64,000 bases of DNA from the NCBI GenBank assembly GCA_039815185.1, contig JBCBZT010000041.1, positions 1 through 64,000 on the forward strand, in the 5' to 3' direction. This document shows, one piece after another, positions 50,018-60,656 of the stretch. Both the position numbers and the translations under genes were made by a program. The notes beneath the pieces were generated by a model, which did no database searches, had not been told where the DNA came from, and worked only from the letters and a program-made list of their open reading frames with translations. The stretch comes from Cyanobacteria bacterium P01_A01_bin.123 (lineage in GTDB: Bacteria > Cyanobacteriota > Cyanobacteriia > Phormidesmidales > Phormidesmidaceae). Positions within the stretch are counted from its first letter, which is position 1; each line of letters starts with the position of its first letter.

Positions 50018-53000
50018 GTGATAGATAGGCCTGTGTTTATGCTTCGGATTTTTGCCACTCGGCTGCATCCCCTAATGGCGATCGCACTTTTAAGTGTTCT
50101 CCTGCCGCCAGTCGCTGTGATGGGTGTGGGGCAGTCACCGCTGTTAGCCCAAGGCACTGAGCAAACGTCAACGCCAGCCGTCAACGGAGAGGGCGAAACG
50201 GAATCATCTACGCCAGCGGTTCCTGACACCAGTACGCTCAGGATTGCGGTTTCACCCAGCATGCAGGTGATCAGCCGCACCTTAAAGCAGCGATTTGAAG
50301 CTCAGGCAGAGACCTCAACTGAGATCACCCTCGAGTCCATGGGCACCGATGCAGCGCTGCAACAAGTTGCTAATGGGCAAGCCGATCTAGCCGCTATTGG
50401 CCGCCCGTTAACTGAGACTGAATTGGCAGAGGGTTGGCAAGAAGTGCCGATTAGCCGTGAAAAAATTGCCATTATTGTCTCAGCCGACAACCCGTTTCAA
50501 GAAGAGTTGACTTTTGATCAGTTTGCCAACATCTTTCGGGGTGAAATCAACGACTGGTCAAGCCTGGGGGGGCCAGTCGCCCCAATTCGCTTTATTGATC
50601 GCCCAGAGGAGAGTGACACCCGCGTTGCCCTCAGCAACTACACCATTTTTAAGGCGGCTCCCTTTGAAACCGGAGCCAATGCGTTGTCCCTGGAAACTGA
50701 CGATACCGCAGCTCTGGTGCGACAATTGGGCACCGATGGGATTGGCTACGCGATCGCCAGCCAGGTGATCAATCAAAATGAGATTCGCGTCGTGCCCATG
50801 GATGGGGTACTGCCCGATAGCGAACTCTATCCCTATTCCCAACCCCGTAGTTTTGTCTATAAAGGTCAACTCTCACCGCCGCTGCAAGCGTTTTTAGACT
50901 TTTCGACGGGGGGACTCGGTCAAACTGCTGTGGTTCAGGCCCAAGCAACGGAAGCGGCTGATGTTGCGGTTGCTGACATTCCTCGGGGGAAAGTGGTTGT
51001 TAGCCCAGATGGGAATTGGCTGGTTAGTGTCAACGAAGATGGCACGCTGCAATTTTGGGATCAAGCCGGGAATGCCATTGGTGAACCTGTAGACGCCCAC
51101 AATGGCACCATTACAGATGCAACCTTTGACGACTCAGGGGAAACTCTGCTCACGGCTGGTGCAGACGGCACCGTGCAGCAATGGGACGAAGAAGGCCAAC
51201 CGGCTGGCCCCGTCTTGACCTCGGAGCGTGGCCCCGTCACGGCGCTGAGGATGAGTCCTGATGGTCAAACGCTAGTCACTGCAGCGACTGATGGCACGTT
51301 GCAATTTTGGGATGCTGAGGGCAACGCGAAAGGCGATCCGGTGCAAGCCCATCCCGGCTTGATTACAACCCTGGCCTTTAGTCCCGATGGTCAAACTGTG
51401 GCCAGTGGCGGCGAAGATGGCACCGTCAGCTTTTGGACGCCCGAGGGTCAACCCCAAGGGGAGGCCTATGCGGGCCATGACGGCCCAGTTACCGCCGTTG
51501 CCTTTAGTCCGGATGGCGAGCAACTTGTCAGTGCTGGTGCAGATGGGCAATTACGCTATTGGGATCAAGCGGGGAATGTGGTTGGGGATCCGATTCAGGC
51601 CCATAGCGGCGGTGTTGACGCGATCGCATTTAATCCTCAAAATCAGACCCTAGCCTCCACTGGTGCAGACGGCACCGTTAAGCTGTGGGATGCCGAAGGT
51701 AACACTACGGCGACACCCATTAATGATTTAGAGATGCCTGCCAGTTCCCTTGCCTTTAGCCCCGATGGCCAACGGTTGATTATTGGTGATGCTTCGGGAA
51801 CCCCCAAACAGTGGGATCTTGAAGGCAATCCGATCTTGCCCACTGATGGGGAGAGTGACGCAACGGGTGACAACGAGCAAATCGTGATTGAACCTGACCC
51901 GCCTTTAGACCCAGTGGCTGAATCTGATCCCCTAGCAGGGGCAACTGCGTTCTTTCAATCTCTACCCGCCTGGGTTCGGTGGGGACTTTTACCACTATTA
52001 GGCTTGGCCTTAATTATCGGGGCAGCCTTACGCGGTGGCGATGATCGCAAGTCAACCCTAGTCGTGGATGACACCGGGGATGAAACGGATCAGCCTGATG
52101 CAGATCCCATTCCAGACCCGCCCCGCGATTTGACCCCAGGGTCAACCCCGTATCCTTCAAACTTATCTGATGATTGGGCAACTGGTCAGGATCCCTCTCC
52201 TGCGCCAAGCACGGAAGAGCTCAATTGGGACACGCGTTTAGCCGAGGTTAAAGCTGAACTGGCCGAAGGTGCTGAACTGGCAAAAGCGGGTCAGCATGAA
52301 GCCGCCATCGCTCAGGTTCATCGAGCGATTGAAGCGGCTGATTTGGAGCGGATGAAAGCGATCGCGATGGGGGCTAGCGCTTCCGGGGCATTGGCTTTGC
52401 TCGTGCGGGGATTGACCCAGCGCAGCAAGCTATTTAACCAATTGGGCCGCAAAACTGATGCCTTGGGTAGCCTGGATACGGCTCTAAAATTTGACCCTAA
52501 TGACGACGAAGCGATCGCCCTCAAAGGCGAACTGCTGGGGGGTCTCGATGCGGCTAGCAATGCCAACGTCCTCTTTGATCGGGCTAGAGAACTTTACAAT
52601 GACCCCGATGATCCCATTGAGACGCCAGTCGATGGATTAGTTGGCCCAGATCAGGGAGTTAATGGCGCATCTGACGGTATGCCGTTGGACGATAGTCCAG
52701 ATGATGGTCTAGCTGGTGATGAGACTGAGCCAGACACCGCTGATCCGATTTTTCCTGAAACAGGGGAGCTCGGCGATTTAGATAGCCTTGGCGATGCTGC
52801 TGATGTACCACCAGAATTACTCGTCCAGATTGCAGACTTGCCCCAAGAAGCCCAAACCCCACCGTGGATTAGCATGACCGCAGAACCCACTGAAGTTTTG
52901 GCTAAGGCAACGGCTGACGAGGCCGCAGTGGAGCAAGCCGATGATATTCCGGCTGATTTGGCCGCAGAATTTGCGGCTATCCCTACTGAAGAAGCAGTAC

Positions 53001-53698
53001 CTGGTGATGGTTCAGATAGCGATGTCAACCTTGACACAGAGGGCAATATCAATAACGGTGCAGCGGGTATGGAACCACCCCCACTAGACACACCGGTGGA
53101 AGATTGGATGATGGCCGCAGTGGTAGATGTGCCCGATGAAGAGGACTTAGACCAAATCCCATCGGCAACGCCAATGCCCCTTGACTGGCCCGATGCCGAT
53201 CAGGCTGATTCAGAGGATGTGCCTGCGGAACTGCAAGCGGCGCTCCAAGATATCCCGAACGAACCCCAGACTTTGCCTTGGGTAACCATGGTATCGGAAC
53301 CAACAGGGCGCTCGGGCGCGATCGCCGCTGCCAGCACTACAGTCGCTAACTCACAGGCTCCCCAAACGGCCCTGATCGAAAAAAGCCAAATTACCCTGGC
53401 CCCTTGTAATACTCAATGGGCCTATGTCTCGTGGACGGTGGCACAAAAGAAACGAGATGTCTTACAGCAGCAAACCGACGCTCAGCTTGCTGTCAGGCTC
53501 TATGACGTCACCGATGTTGGGGCAGATTACGCCCAATTGCGTGAGTTCCAACAGCATGAATGCTATGACCTAGCCCGTGAATGGTATCTCGCTATTCCGC
53601 AACTCGGGCGCGATTATTTAGTTGAGCTCGGCTATTTCAACGCTGACAAACGGTGGCAACCCATCGTCCATTCAGACATCGTTCATTTCCCGAGCTAG
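50018..53698 (+). CDS. PstS-like binding domain + 7 WD40 repeats + TM + TPR-like + acidic linker + DUF4912-like domain
   Basis: ADLAAIGRPL, IFRGEINDWSSLGG, DRPEESDTR; seven SPDG...DG..xWD repeats; WAYVSW, VRLYDVT, WYL..P..RDY.VELGY. Confidence 0.82.
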   Translation: MIDRPVFMLRIFATRLHPLMAIALLSVLLPPVAVMGVGQSPLLAQGTEQTSTPAVNGEGETESSTPAVPDTSTLRIAVSPSMQVISRTLKQRFEAQAETSTEITLESMGTDAALQQVANGQADLAAIGRPLTETELAEGWQEVPISREKIAIIVSADNPFQEELTFDQFANIFRGEINDWSSLGGPVAPIRFIDRPEESDTRVALSNYTIFKAAPFETGANALSLETDDTAALVRQLGTDGIGYAIASQVINQNEIRVVPMDGVLPDSELYPYSQPRSFVYKGQLSPPLQAFLDFSTGGLGQTAVVQAQATEAADVAVADIPRGKVVVSPDGNWLVSVNEDGTLQFWDQAGNAIGEPVDAHNGTITDATFDDSGETLLTAGADGTVQQWDEEGQPAGPVLTSERGPVTALRMSPDGQTLVTAATDGTLQFWDAEGNAKGDPVQAHPGLITTLAFSPDGQTVASGGEDGTVSFWTPEGQPQGEAYAGHDGPVTAVAFSPDGEQLVSAGADGQLRYWDQAGNVVGDPIQAHSGGVDAIAFNPQNQTLASTGADGTVKLWDAEGNTTATPINDLEMPASSLAFSPDGQRLIIGDASGTPKQWDLEGNPILPTDGESDATGDNEQIVIEPDPPLDPVAESDPLAGATAFFQSLPAWVRWGLLPLLGLALIIGAALRGGDDRKSTLVVDDTGDETDQPDADPIPDPPRDLTPGSTPYPSNLSDDWATGQDPSPAPSTEELNWDTRLAEVKAELAEGAELAKAGQHEAAIAQVHRAIEAADLERMKAIAMGASASGALALLVRGLTQRSKLFNQLGRKTDALGSLDTALKFDPNDDEAIALKGELLGGLDAASNANVLFDRARELYNDPDDPIETPVDGLVGPDQGVNGASDGMPLDDSPDDGLAGDETEPDTADPIFPETGELGDLDSLGDAADVPPELLVQIADLPQEAQTPPWISMTAEPTEVLAKATADEAAVEQADDIPADLAAEFAAIPTEEAVPGDGSDSDVNLDTEGNINNGAAGMEPPPLDTPVEDWMMAAVVDVPDEEDLDQIPSATPMPLDWPDADQADSEDVPAELQAALQDIPNEPQTLPWVTMVSEPTGRSGAIAAASTTVANSQAPQTALIEKSQITLAPCNTQWAYVSWTVAQKKRDVLQQQTDAQLAVRLYDVTDVGADYAQLREFQQHECYDLAREWYLAIPQLGRDYLVELGYFNADKRWQPIVHSDIVHFPS

Positions 53699-53880
53699 AA
53701 GGTGATAACACCCTCAAAAGTGAGGAGGCCGCGCGCATGATCTACCCTATGGAAAACTCGCGTTATCGTAGAGCGTAAGCCGATTGATAAATCTTGCACC
53801 AGGGTTGATGCTAATCTGCTGTTGCGTATTCAATGCAGACTCATGACTTTGCGTAATTTCGCTTCAAGGACATTAAAACG

Positions 53881-54138
53881 GTGAACAACAAACGGCTTCG
53901 AGAATCAGACTATTTTGTCGCATGGCTTTTGTTCTTCCTGGCGGCAACGATTGGCGGCGGTATTGTCGGGTTTATCTTTGGGGCGATCATTGGGGTGATA
54001 TTGGGCATATCTGGCGTCACCGATCCGAATGTCCTTGCCACTGCGGGTGGAATTATCGGATTCATTGTGGGCATCCCGGTTTCCTATTTGTCGTTCCGTT
54101 TCTTTGTGGGCAAATTTATCGTTGATAAAGTGCGGTAA
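53881..54138 (+). CDS. Small membrane protein
   Basis: AAGGA RBS, GTG start, two Gly-rich hydrophobic segments. Confidence 0.65.
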   Translation: MNNKRLRESDYFVAWLLFFLAATIGGGIVGFIFGAIIGVILGISGVTDPNVLATAGGIIGFIVGIPVSYLSFRFFVGKFIVDKVR

Positions 54139-54192
54139 TTAGGCAGCACTGCCCACAGACCAATAGCTGGTTATTTCATCGGGCGGGGAGCT

Positions 54193-55473
54193 ATGGCTGA
54201 ACTCAGACAGGATCCATTGCGGCGATGGTCAAAGACCAGCCCAGGAGGGCGATCGCCAAAGTCAGCTGCAGCCCAGTCGATTAAGGCTGCAATCAGTCAG
54301 GTCATTGCTCAAGAATCCCTCAGAAATGAACGAAAAATTGCCTATGTGCGGGCGATTGTCCTGTTGATTTCAAGCATGTTAGACGTGCTTGTTTTTTTCT
54401 TTCCCCAAACGCTGATTGGACAAGCAGCCGTTTCACCTACGGTTGCTTTAATTGCAATGGCAGCGTGTTTGGTTTCAACTGGATTTCTCATTGTCCTCTT
54501 ACAACCTGCCGCTTGGCGTCGGTTAGCGAGTTTACAGATCGCGATTCCGCTATTTGATGGCGTATTGTTAGCACTTTTCGTTACCAATATTTGGCACGTC
54601 TTGGGTGAGTCTATCCCTCAAATCACCACAAACATTGCCGCCTTGTGTTGTCTATTAGCGGTTTCTGGTGGAATCCGCATCTGGCGTCAGGCTTCAACTT
54701 TAACCACCGGGTTAGCCTTAGTGAACTTCGCCTACGCAGCGATTCTGTTTCAACTCAACCCAATAGTTAGCTTATTTGTCTTGATTACTATTTTGGGCAC
54801 AGGTCTGATGGGTATGCTGATTGCTGGCATTGTGGCGCGACAGGGCAAAAATGAGGCTGGCCGTCTGTTGATGCAGCAATTTTTGCCCGCTAATGTCGTT
54901 GAAGCTGCCTTTGAAGAACCCATTCGTTTGCTTGAAGAACCCAGGGTCTGTGACGTCACTATTGTAGTGAGTGATCTGCGGGGCTTTACTCACTATGCCG
55001 AAAAGCTAGAGCCGGTTAAAGTACTGGAATTTTTGAACCAATGCCAGGGTTTGCTCTCCAAGATTGTGGAACAGCACGGGGGCTGGGTGGATAAATTTAT
55101 GGGAGATGGGATGCTCGCCGTGTTTGGCGCACCCAGAACCTCTGAAAATCATGCAGAGAAGGCCTTACAGGCCGCGCAAGTAATTTTAGACTCAATGCAG
55201 CGTCTAAGTCCGTTGCCGATTGGCATTGGCCTGCACTCCGGTTCCATTGTGGCGGGCTGTTTGGGCACGGGCGGACATTTAGAGTTCACGGTCATTGGCG
55301 ACACTGTCAATGTGGCCGCTCGCCTGGAGGCGTTAACCAAAACAGTTGATACCTCGCTGTTGATCAGTCAAGCCACCCAAAAACGGCTCAAACATCACTC
55401 ACTCAAGTCTTTGGGAGAAATGTCGATTCGCGGTCGCGATGAACGAATCGAGGTATTCACGCTGCTTGAATAA
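54193..55473 (+). CDS. Membrane-bound class III adenylate cyclase
   Basis: About six TM segments; SDLRGFT, VDKFMGDG (Lys for ATP), FTVIGDTVNVAARLE. Confidence 0.9.
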   Translation: MAELRQDPLRRWSKTSPGGRSPKSAAAQSIKAAISQVIAQESLRNERKIAYVRAIVLLISSMLDVLVFFFPQTLIGQAAVSPTVALIAMAACLVSTGFLIVLLQPAAWRRLASLQIAIPLFDGVLLALFVTNIWHVLGESIPQITTNIAALCCLLAVSGGIRIWRQASTLTTGLALVNFAYAAILFQLNPIVSLFVLITILGTGLMGMLIAGIVARQGKNEAGRLLMQQFLPANVVEAAFEEPIRLLEEPRVCDVTIVVSDLRGFTHYAEKLEPVKVLEFLNQCQGLLSKIVEQHGGWVDKFMGDGMLAVFGAPRTSENHAEKALQAAQVILDSMQRLSPLPIGIGLHSGSIVAGCLGTGGHLEFTVIGDTVNVAARLEALTKTVDTSLLISQATQKRLKHHSLKSLGEMSIRGRDERIEVFTLLE

Positions 55474-55480
55474 TGGGGTG

Positions 55481-56038
55481 CTAAACCTGTCGGATTACCC
55501 GGCAGGGATTGCCCACCGCAATGCTATTTGCATCAATGGATTTAGTCACAACGCTGCCTGCACCGATGGCCGTGTTGCTACCAATGGTGACGCCAGGACA
55601 GATGATCGCGCCACCACCAATCCAGACGTTATTGCCGATGGTTACAGGAGCTGCCATTTCTACCCCTGTCATGCGAATGGCTGGGTCGGTGGGATGATAA
55701 GCCGTATAGATCTGCGCATTGGGCGCGATCAGCACGTCATCTCCAAGGGTCACCCAATTACAGTCGAGAATCGTACAGTTGAAGTTGATATAGAGGTTTT
55801 TGCCCGCCCGAATGTGGCAGCCGTAGTCGCAGTAGAACGGCGGGTTGATTTCAAAGTCAGGGCCAAGCTCGCCAAAGAGCGATCGCGCTATATCTTGTCG
55901 TTGCGCAAGATTGTCTGGTGGAAGGGTATTGAATGAGTGCAAAAGACGCTGTGTAGCTTGCCGCATGATCAGCAACTCTGGGTCGTTTGCCAAATAGGGT
56001 TCATTGGCCAGCATCTTTGCCCGTTCTGTTTTGCCCAT
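55481..56038 (-). CDS. maa: Sugar (maltose) O-acetyltransferase
   Basis: PFYCDYG, YTAYHP, IGNNVWIGG hexapeptide repeats, GNPCRV. Confidence 0.9.
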   Translation of the reverse strand: MGKTERAKMLANEPYLANDPELLIMRQATQRLLHSFNTLPPDNLAQRQDIARSLFGELGPDFEINPPFYCDYGCHIRAGKNLYINFNCTILDCNWVTLGDDVLIAPNAQIYTAYHPTDPAIRMTGVEMAAPVTIGNNVWIGGGAIICPGVTIGSNTAIGAGSVVTKSIDANSIAVGNPCRVIRQV

Positions 56039-56116
56039 GGCTTATAACGAAATCAGCCCTCAATTAACCTGTTGATGCGGTTGGGCATAAATTTGGTGCG
56101 ATCGGAGCAGATAGCG

Positions 56117-56152
56117 TTCAAAGGTGAATTGTGTATTGAACACACCTTTGAA
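56117..56152. terminator. Intergenic hairpin, possible terminator or stabiliser
   Basis: TTCAAAGGTG...CACCTTTGAA 10-bp stem; no clear U-tract. Confidence 0.4.
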
Positions 56153-56180
56153 TGACTGCAAGGAGAAGAGCAGTTTTGTC

Positions 56181-56813
56181 CTAAGCTGCCAACCCTGTTC
56201 CAATCAGGCAAGCACCCGTCAAGTTAATCCCGTCGAGGTTAGCCCCTTCAAAATCAGCACAGAGTAAATTTGCCCCAATCAACGATGTCCCCGTCAACGT
56301 GGCGCTGCGCAGGTCAGCTTCTTCTAGATTGGCATCATTGAGCAACGTACCCCGCATCTCAGCCCCGTAGAGATTCGCGCCGTGCAGATTTGTATTGCTC
56401 AGATTCGCCCCGCGCAAATCAGCCCCACTCAAGTCAACCCCTTGAAGATTGACGCCCATCAGGTTCGCCCCATTTAAAAACGCACCCGAGAGGACAGCTC
56501 CGGCCAGTTTGGCTCCCATCAAGTTAACCCCACGCAAATTGGCACCCCGTAAATCGGCACCACTTAAGTCACTTTGCATCAGGTTTGCCCCCCATAGGTT
56601 GGCTCGCAAATCGACACCGATGAGTTTTGCACCCATCAGGTTCGCCCCTTCTAAATGGGCACGAGCCAGATTGCAATGGCTAAAGTTAGTGCCCACTAAG
56701 TGAGCCCCTGCCAACTGAAAGTTCGAGAGATCCAGACTAGAGAGATCTTCATCCTCTAAATCACACCCTGGCAAGTGACGCAGCTTACCGTCTCGAATTG
56801 CCTCAATATCCAT
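56181..56813 (-). CDS. Pentapeptide repeat protein
   Basis: Continuous A(D/N)LxG repeats. Confidence 0.93.
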   Translation of the reverse strand: MDIEAIRDGKLRHLPGCDLEDEDLSSLDLSNFQLAGAHLVGTNFSHCNLARAHLEGANLMGAKLIGVDLRANLWGANLMQSDLSGADLRGANLRGVNLMGAKLAGAVLSGAFLNGANLMGVNLQGVDLSGADLRGANLSNTNLHGANLYGAEMRGTLLNDANLEEADLRSATLTGTSLIGANLLCADFEGANLDGINLTGACLIGTGLAA

Positions 56814-56917
56814 GGTTAACTGTACCGATCTGAGAGAACACCATTATGTAAACCCCATCCGACTTGAAAACTTTAATTTTTGGCTCAGAGAAGCGGGGAT
56901 CCAGATGGAGCCAAAAG

Positions 56918-58315
56918 TTAGAAAGCCCCAGCCGTTTCCGCACTTTGAGCCACATCAGGATTGAGCAAGCCAGTCACGACAGTCATTCGCGTCGGGATGC
57001 TGGGCAAACTTAATCCTTGCTGCAACCCTTGCACGATTAATCCCAAAATTTCAAGTAACTTAGGATCCCACCGGGTTCCCTGACCGCCTCGGCAGCCTTC
57101 CATGGCTTGGGCCAATCCCTGATTGTAGGCATCTGAGCCTAGCGCCGCAGCATGATGCGCCGCTTGATATTCAGCGACAGCTTGCTGAAACGCTGCCACA
57201 AGCCCTAAAATTCGAGACTCTAGGGGAATCTTATCCCCGGCCAACCCGGCGGGTTGACCACTCCCATCCCACCACTCATTTTGATGGGTGACAATTTGAG
57301 CCACCGCTCGCAGCCGGGGCATGCGGCGTAAGACTTGGCCCCCAGGCACCAGCGGACAGCTGGGCCCCGCATCGGCGATTAACTGTTCGGGATCAATCGG
57401 CATTGGAGCAATGCGAAAGAGCAGACTGGCCAACTTTAATCGCTGGAGTTGCCAAGCCGGCAAATCAATCATTTGTCCCATCATCTCGGCTAAAGCAGAC
57501 ACTTCTGTGGAGGCCAACGGATTGACCGAGTCAGCCAGATCAACCAACTGGGCCATTCGCAGAAACGCCTGCATGTTATTGGCAGTCAGGTTTTGCTCTA
57601 AATCTTCGAGAAAACCAAAGTCTCCTTGCGATAGCATCGTCCGACGACTGGACTGAAGATAGTCCACAACTTTACCAACAACCTCACGCACCCCTTCAGC
57701 GGTAGAGCCCTGGTGCTCAGTCGTCGTATTAGCTTCGAGGGTATCGATTTGCTGTTGGAGTTGGGTTTGCAGTGCTGGGTTGTATTGACCTAAGTGGGCG
57801 ATCGCGTGGCCGATCGTCTCTTTAACTAACTCGGGTTCAAAGGTCCAGAAGCCATAAAACTTCCGTTCTAAGTCGTTGTCAGGGACGCCCTGATGACCAT
57901 AGTCGGCAGGTAGCAATTCCTGACATAGCACCATCGCCGTATAGTCTGGTGCCCAAATAATCAGGTGCCATTCTTGGGCTACAGGATCATTGAGGTCTAA
58001 ATCAACCAGGGCCACATTATCTCGTTGGCCAGTGGGATGACTGTGGAACCCTGAATCGGGTGCTGCCATAATCACAATTTGCTGGGCCTTATCCGCGATC
58101 GCACCATAGCGATCTGCCTCTTGCAGATACCACTTACCTTGCTGAAACGCGGTGACGACGATGGGAGACGCGCCAGCATTCAAAATATAGTCTTCTAGGG
58201 CGTGGCATAGGGCAACCAGCGTATTTTTGTAATAGACGCCGATGTTAAGGGGAACTCCTCCCGGCTTCGCCTTTCGACTATCTATCAGCTTTTTTAGAAT
58301 CGATCCCTCAAGCAT
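56918..58315 (-). CDS. DICT sensory domain + degenerate HD-GYP-like domain protein
   Basis: YYKNTLVALCHALED, AFQQGKWY, QEWHL; HQNEWWDGSGQP, IPLESRIL; HD motif absent. Confidence 0.85.
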   Translation of the reverse strand: MLEGSILKKLIDSRKAKPGGVPLNIGVYYKNTLVALCHALEDYILNAGASPIVVTAFQQGKWYLQEADRYGAIADKAQQIVIMAAPDSGFHSHPTGQRDNVALVDLDLNDPVAQEWHLIIWAPDYTAMVLCQELLPADYGHQGVPDNDLERKFYGFWTFEPELVKETIGHAIAHLGQYNPALQTQLQQQIDTLEANTTTEHQGSTAEGVREVVGKVVDYLQSSRRTMLSQGDFGFLEDLEQNLTANNMQAFLRMAQLVDLADSVNPLASTEVSALAEMMGQMIDLPAWQLQRLKLASLLFRIAPMPIDPEQLIADAGPSCPLVPGGQVLRRMPRLRAVAQIVTHQNEWWDGSGQPAGLAGDKIPLESRILGLVAAFQQAVAEYQAAHHAAALGSDAYNQGLAQAMEGCRGGQGTRWDPKLLEILGLIVQGLQQGLSLPSIPTRMTVVTGLLNPDVAQSAETAGAF

Positions 58316-58397
58316 TTCTCCTGCCCTACTCCAGCTGTTGTAACCCGGTGCCCACGCTGAAACGACGCGCGTTTCTAAACGTCAATTGAATGCTGTC

Positions 58398-59972
58398 TCA
58401 AGATAATACCGCGCTTAGCATGCGGGGTTGTTCGGTCAAGGGTGCAGACAAAGCTTCCTCTAAAGCAGCGCACCCTAACTTCGCCTCCAAAATATCCATC
58501 ACTTCTCGCCCAAAATCATTCGGGTTCTGTCGCCAAGCCTGCAAACAGACCTCTCCGAAGAAGGAACCCATGGGTTCTGGATTCCATAACAGCTTACGAG
58601 CTGTCCAGGGCATGACGCTCATGGGATCGTAGCCAGGTTTGAGAATATCCTTTTTGAAAGCGTATTCTTCCAGATGGGTATGGGGTTGTAGACCAATGAA
58701 GAAGATGGCCGGTTCCACTTTGTCTCGCCCGAATACGGCTTCCAAAGCCCGGTGGTAAGCGACGGTTTGGCGGATGGTCTCAGGCCGCTCGTCAATCACG
58801 TTGAAGGAGTAATTGACTGAAACCAAATCGTTAAATCCGGCAGCCTTTAAGTCCTTACAGTTTTGCAGTACGGTGCGCAGGTTGTAGCCCATGCGCATCT
58901 TGCGCACTAACTCTTGGGAGCCGCTGGTGATGCCAATCTCAAAGTAGTTCATCCCCGTGGCCACCATCAGGTCGCACAGTTCTGGTGTCAGGTTGTCGGC
59001 GCGAATGTAAGCAGCCCAGTGGATATCGTCCATGCCTGCGGCCAGAATATTGCGCAACAGTTCCACAGCGTCATCTATGTAACGGCGAGCCGGAATAAAC
59101 TGAGCATCGGTAAACCAAAAATTGCGGATGCCCCGAGCATAGAGCTGTTGCATTTCCTTCACCACTTCATCGGCAGGGTTAATGCGAACTTGTTTACCCT
59201 CGATCACGGTATAGACGCAATAACAGCAGTTATGGGGGCAACCTCGTTTGGTTTGCACGCCGACGTAAAAATCTTGCTCTTGCAAATAATATTCAAACTC
59301 TGGCCAAATCTGCGCAATGTAGTCGTAGTTGCAGGCAGTTTTTTCAATCGAGGCAGGCCATTCATGGATCATGCGATCGCGAGGTTGGGTTTCACCCACC
59401 ACATAACACCGCTCATCCAAAAAATCTTGGCCGCTCAGCAATTTTTGAAGCAGGGCTTCGCCTTCACCCACAGAGATAATGGTTCCCTTAGGCACCATCC
59501 CGCCCAGCTGTTCATAGAACACGCTGACGGCTCCCCCCCCGACTACCGTGCGAACTTGGGTGTTGTGTCGCTGAGCTCGCTTCAGGCCACGCTTGATTAA
59601 ACCCTGATTGCGCCATAGCTCAGAGTAGTAGGCAGTCGTCACTCGCAAGCCGCCTAGCGCCCCCCTCAGCTTAATCAAGGGATTTCGAGCATAGAAGACC
59701 TCGAAGGCATTTTGTAACGGGTTGCCACCCCGTCCCCCCACTGGCGCGTAAATCTGGATGTCGCGCCAAGAAAACACCAGCAGGGTTGGCTTAAACTGAT
59801 CGACGCATCGATCCAGCGCTGCACCATAATCCAAAGGCGGGATCGTCCCCAGGTCAAAAATACGCTGCTCTACCGTTGGCAAAACCTTGTGGATATGGTC
59901 GGCCAGGTAAACCACCCCAACGGGGAATATGGGGTTGCAAGGCAGTCTGACGTATAAAACGCGATCGCTCAT
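58398..59972 (-). CDS. Conserved cyanobacterial B12-binding-like radical SAM protein (PSII high-light acclimation type)
   Basis: KRGCPHNCCYC; RLPCNPIFP N-terminus; likely start MSDRVLYV. Confidence 0.85.
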   Translation of the reverse strand: MSDRVLYVRLPCNPIFPVGVVYLADHIHKVLPTVEQRIFDLGTIPPLDYGAALDRCVDQFKPTLLVFSWRDIQIYAPVGGRGGNPLQNAFEVFYARNPLIKLRGALGGLRVTTAYYSELWRNQGLIKRGLKRAQRHNTQVRTVVGGGAVSVFYEQLGGMVPKGTIISVGEGEALLQKLLSGQDFLDERCYVVGETQPRDRMIHEWPASIEKTACNYDYIAQIWPEFEYYLQEQDFYVGVQTKRGCPHNCCYCVYTVIEGKQVRINPADEVVKEMQQLYARGIRNFWFTDAQFIPARRYIDDAVELLRNILAAGMDDIHWAAYIRADNLTPELCDLMVATGMNYFEIGITSGSQELVRKMRMGYNLRTVLQNCKDLKAAGFNDLVSVNYSFNVIDERPETIRQTVAYHRALEAVFGRDKVEPAIFFIGLQPHTHLEEYAFKKDILKPGYDPMSVMPWTARKLLWNPEPMGSFFGEVCLQAWRQNPNDFGREVMDILEAKLGCAALEEALSAPLTEQPRMLSAVLS

Positions 59973-60389
59973 AGTTGACACATGCATTTCATATATCTTT
60001 ACGATAACATTCATAATCCCAAGATGGACCGATCAAAAATGGAAGATCCCCAAGAAACGGAGCATTGAGAGGATGTTTTTTAGCCAAACACAGCTTGGGA
60101 CTCGTGCTTGCTGCTGCGGGTTACGAAAATCCTCAGGTCTTACAGGGAATGTTGACATCGCACTCCCGTAATCAGGGTGAAAATGTGGTATAAAACTTCT
60201 ATAAAATTTTTGTTTAAATTAAGCCGTGTCCATATTCAGAGTCATCATGCTTGAGCGCTAAAAACGTTCAGGATTTCTTGAGGCAAAAGCATAAGCGCTC
60301 CCTAAGCATAAGGTTTAGGTTCTCCAACGGTGGAGTTTAGCTGCTTGTTCCGTGGCTGGGGGCAATCTTGACCCTCCTTAGTTGAGCTT

Positions 60390-60423
60390 CTAGGTGTCAT
60401 CTCTGACTAGGTGTCATCTCTGA
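60390..60423. repeat. Perfect 17-bp tandem duplication
   Basis: CTAGGTGTCATCTCTGA x2. Confidence 0.85.
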
Positions 60424-60572
60424 TAAGTTTTCAGACTAGCCGACTTGGAGGTTCAACTCGGCTGGTGGTTGACTGTCGTTAACATCGTACTTTGCTGGCT
60501 TTAAGTTCTACGAAGGCCATCGTTAAGCAAAGCAAAGAAATATTTCAGTAAGTCACGCGTTTCTGCGGGTTG

Positions 60573-60615
60573 GTAGTTACCTTTACAGCCTGCTGGGATC
60601 GCGGAGTGTTAGGGT
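60573..60615 (+). promoter_or_regulatory. NtcA-type activated promoter
   Basis: GTA-GTTACCTT-TAC (60573-60586), 23-nt spacer, TAGGGT (TAN3T) at 60610-60615. Confidence 0.65.
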
Positions 60616-60656
60616 GTTTGCAGTAGTGATGCGAATAGTAAGCACCCTATATCCTC

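Noticed and set aside
58914..59600. 228-aa ORF, and similar long antisense ORFs at 43231-43791, 55439-55936 and 61209-61814
   Set aside because: Shadow frames opposite well-supported genes
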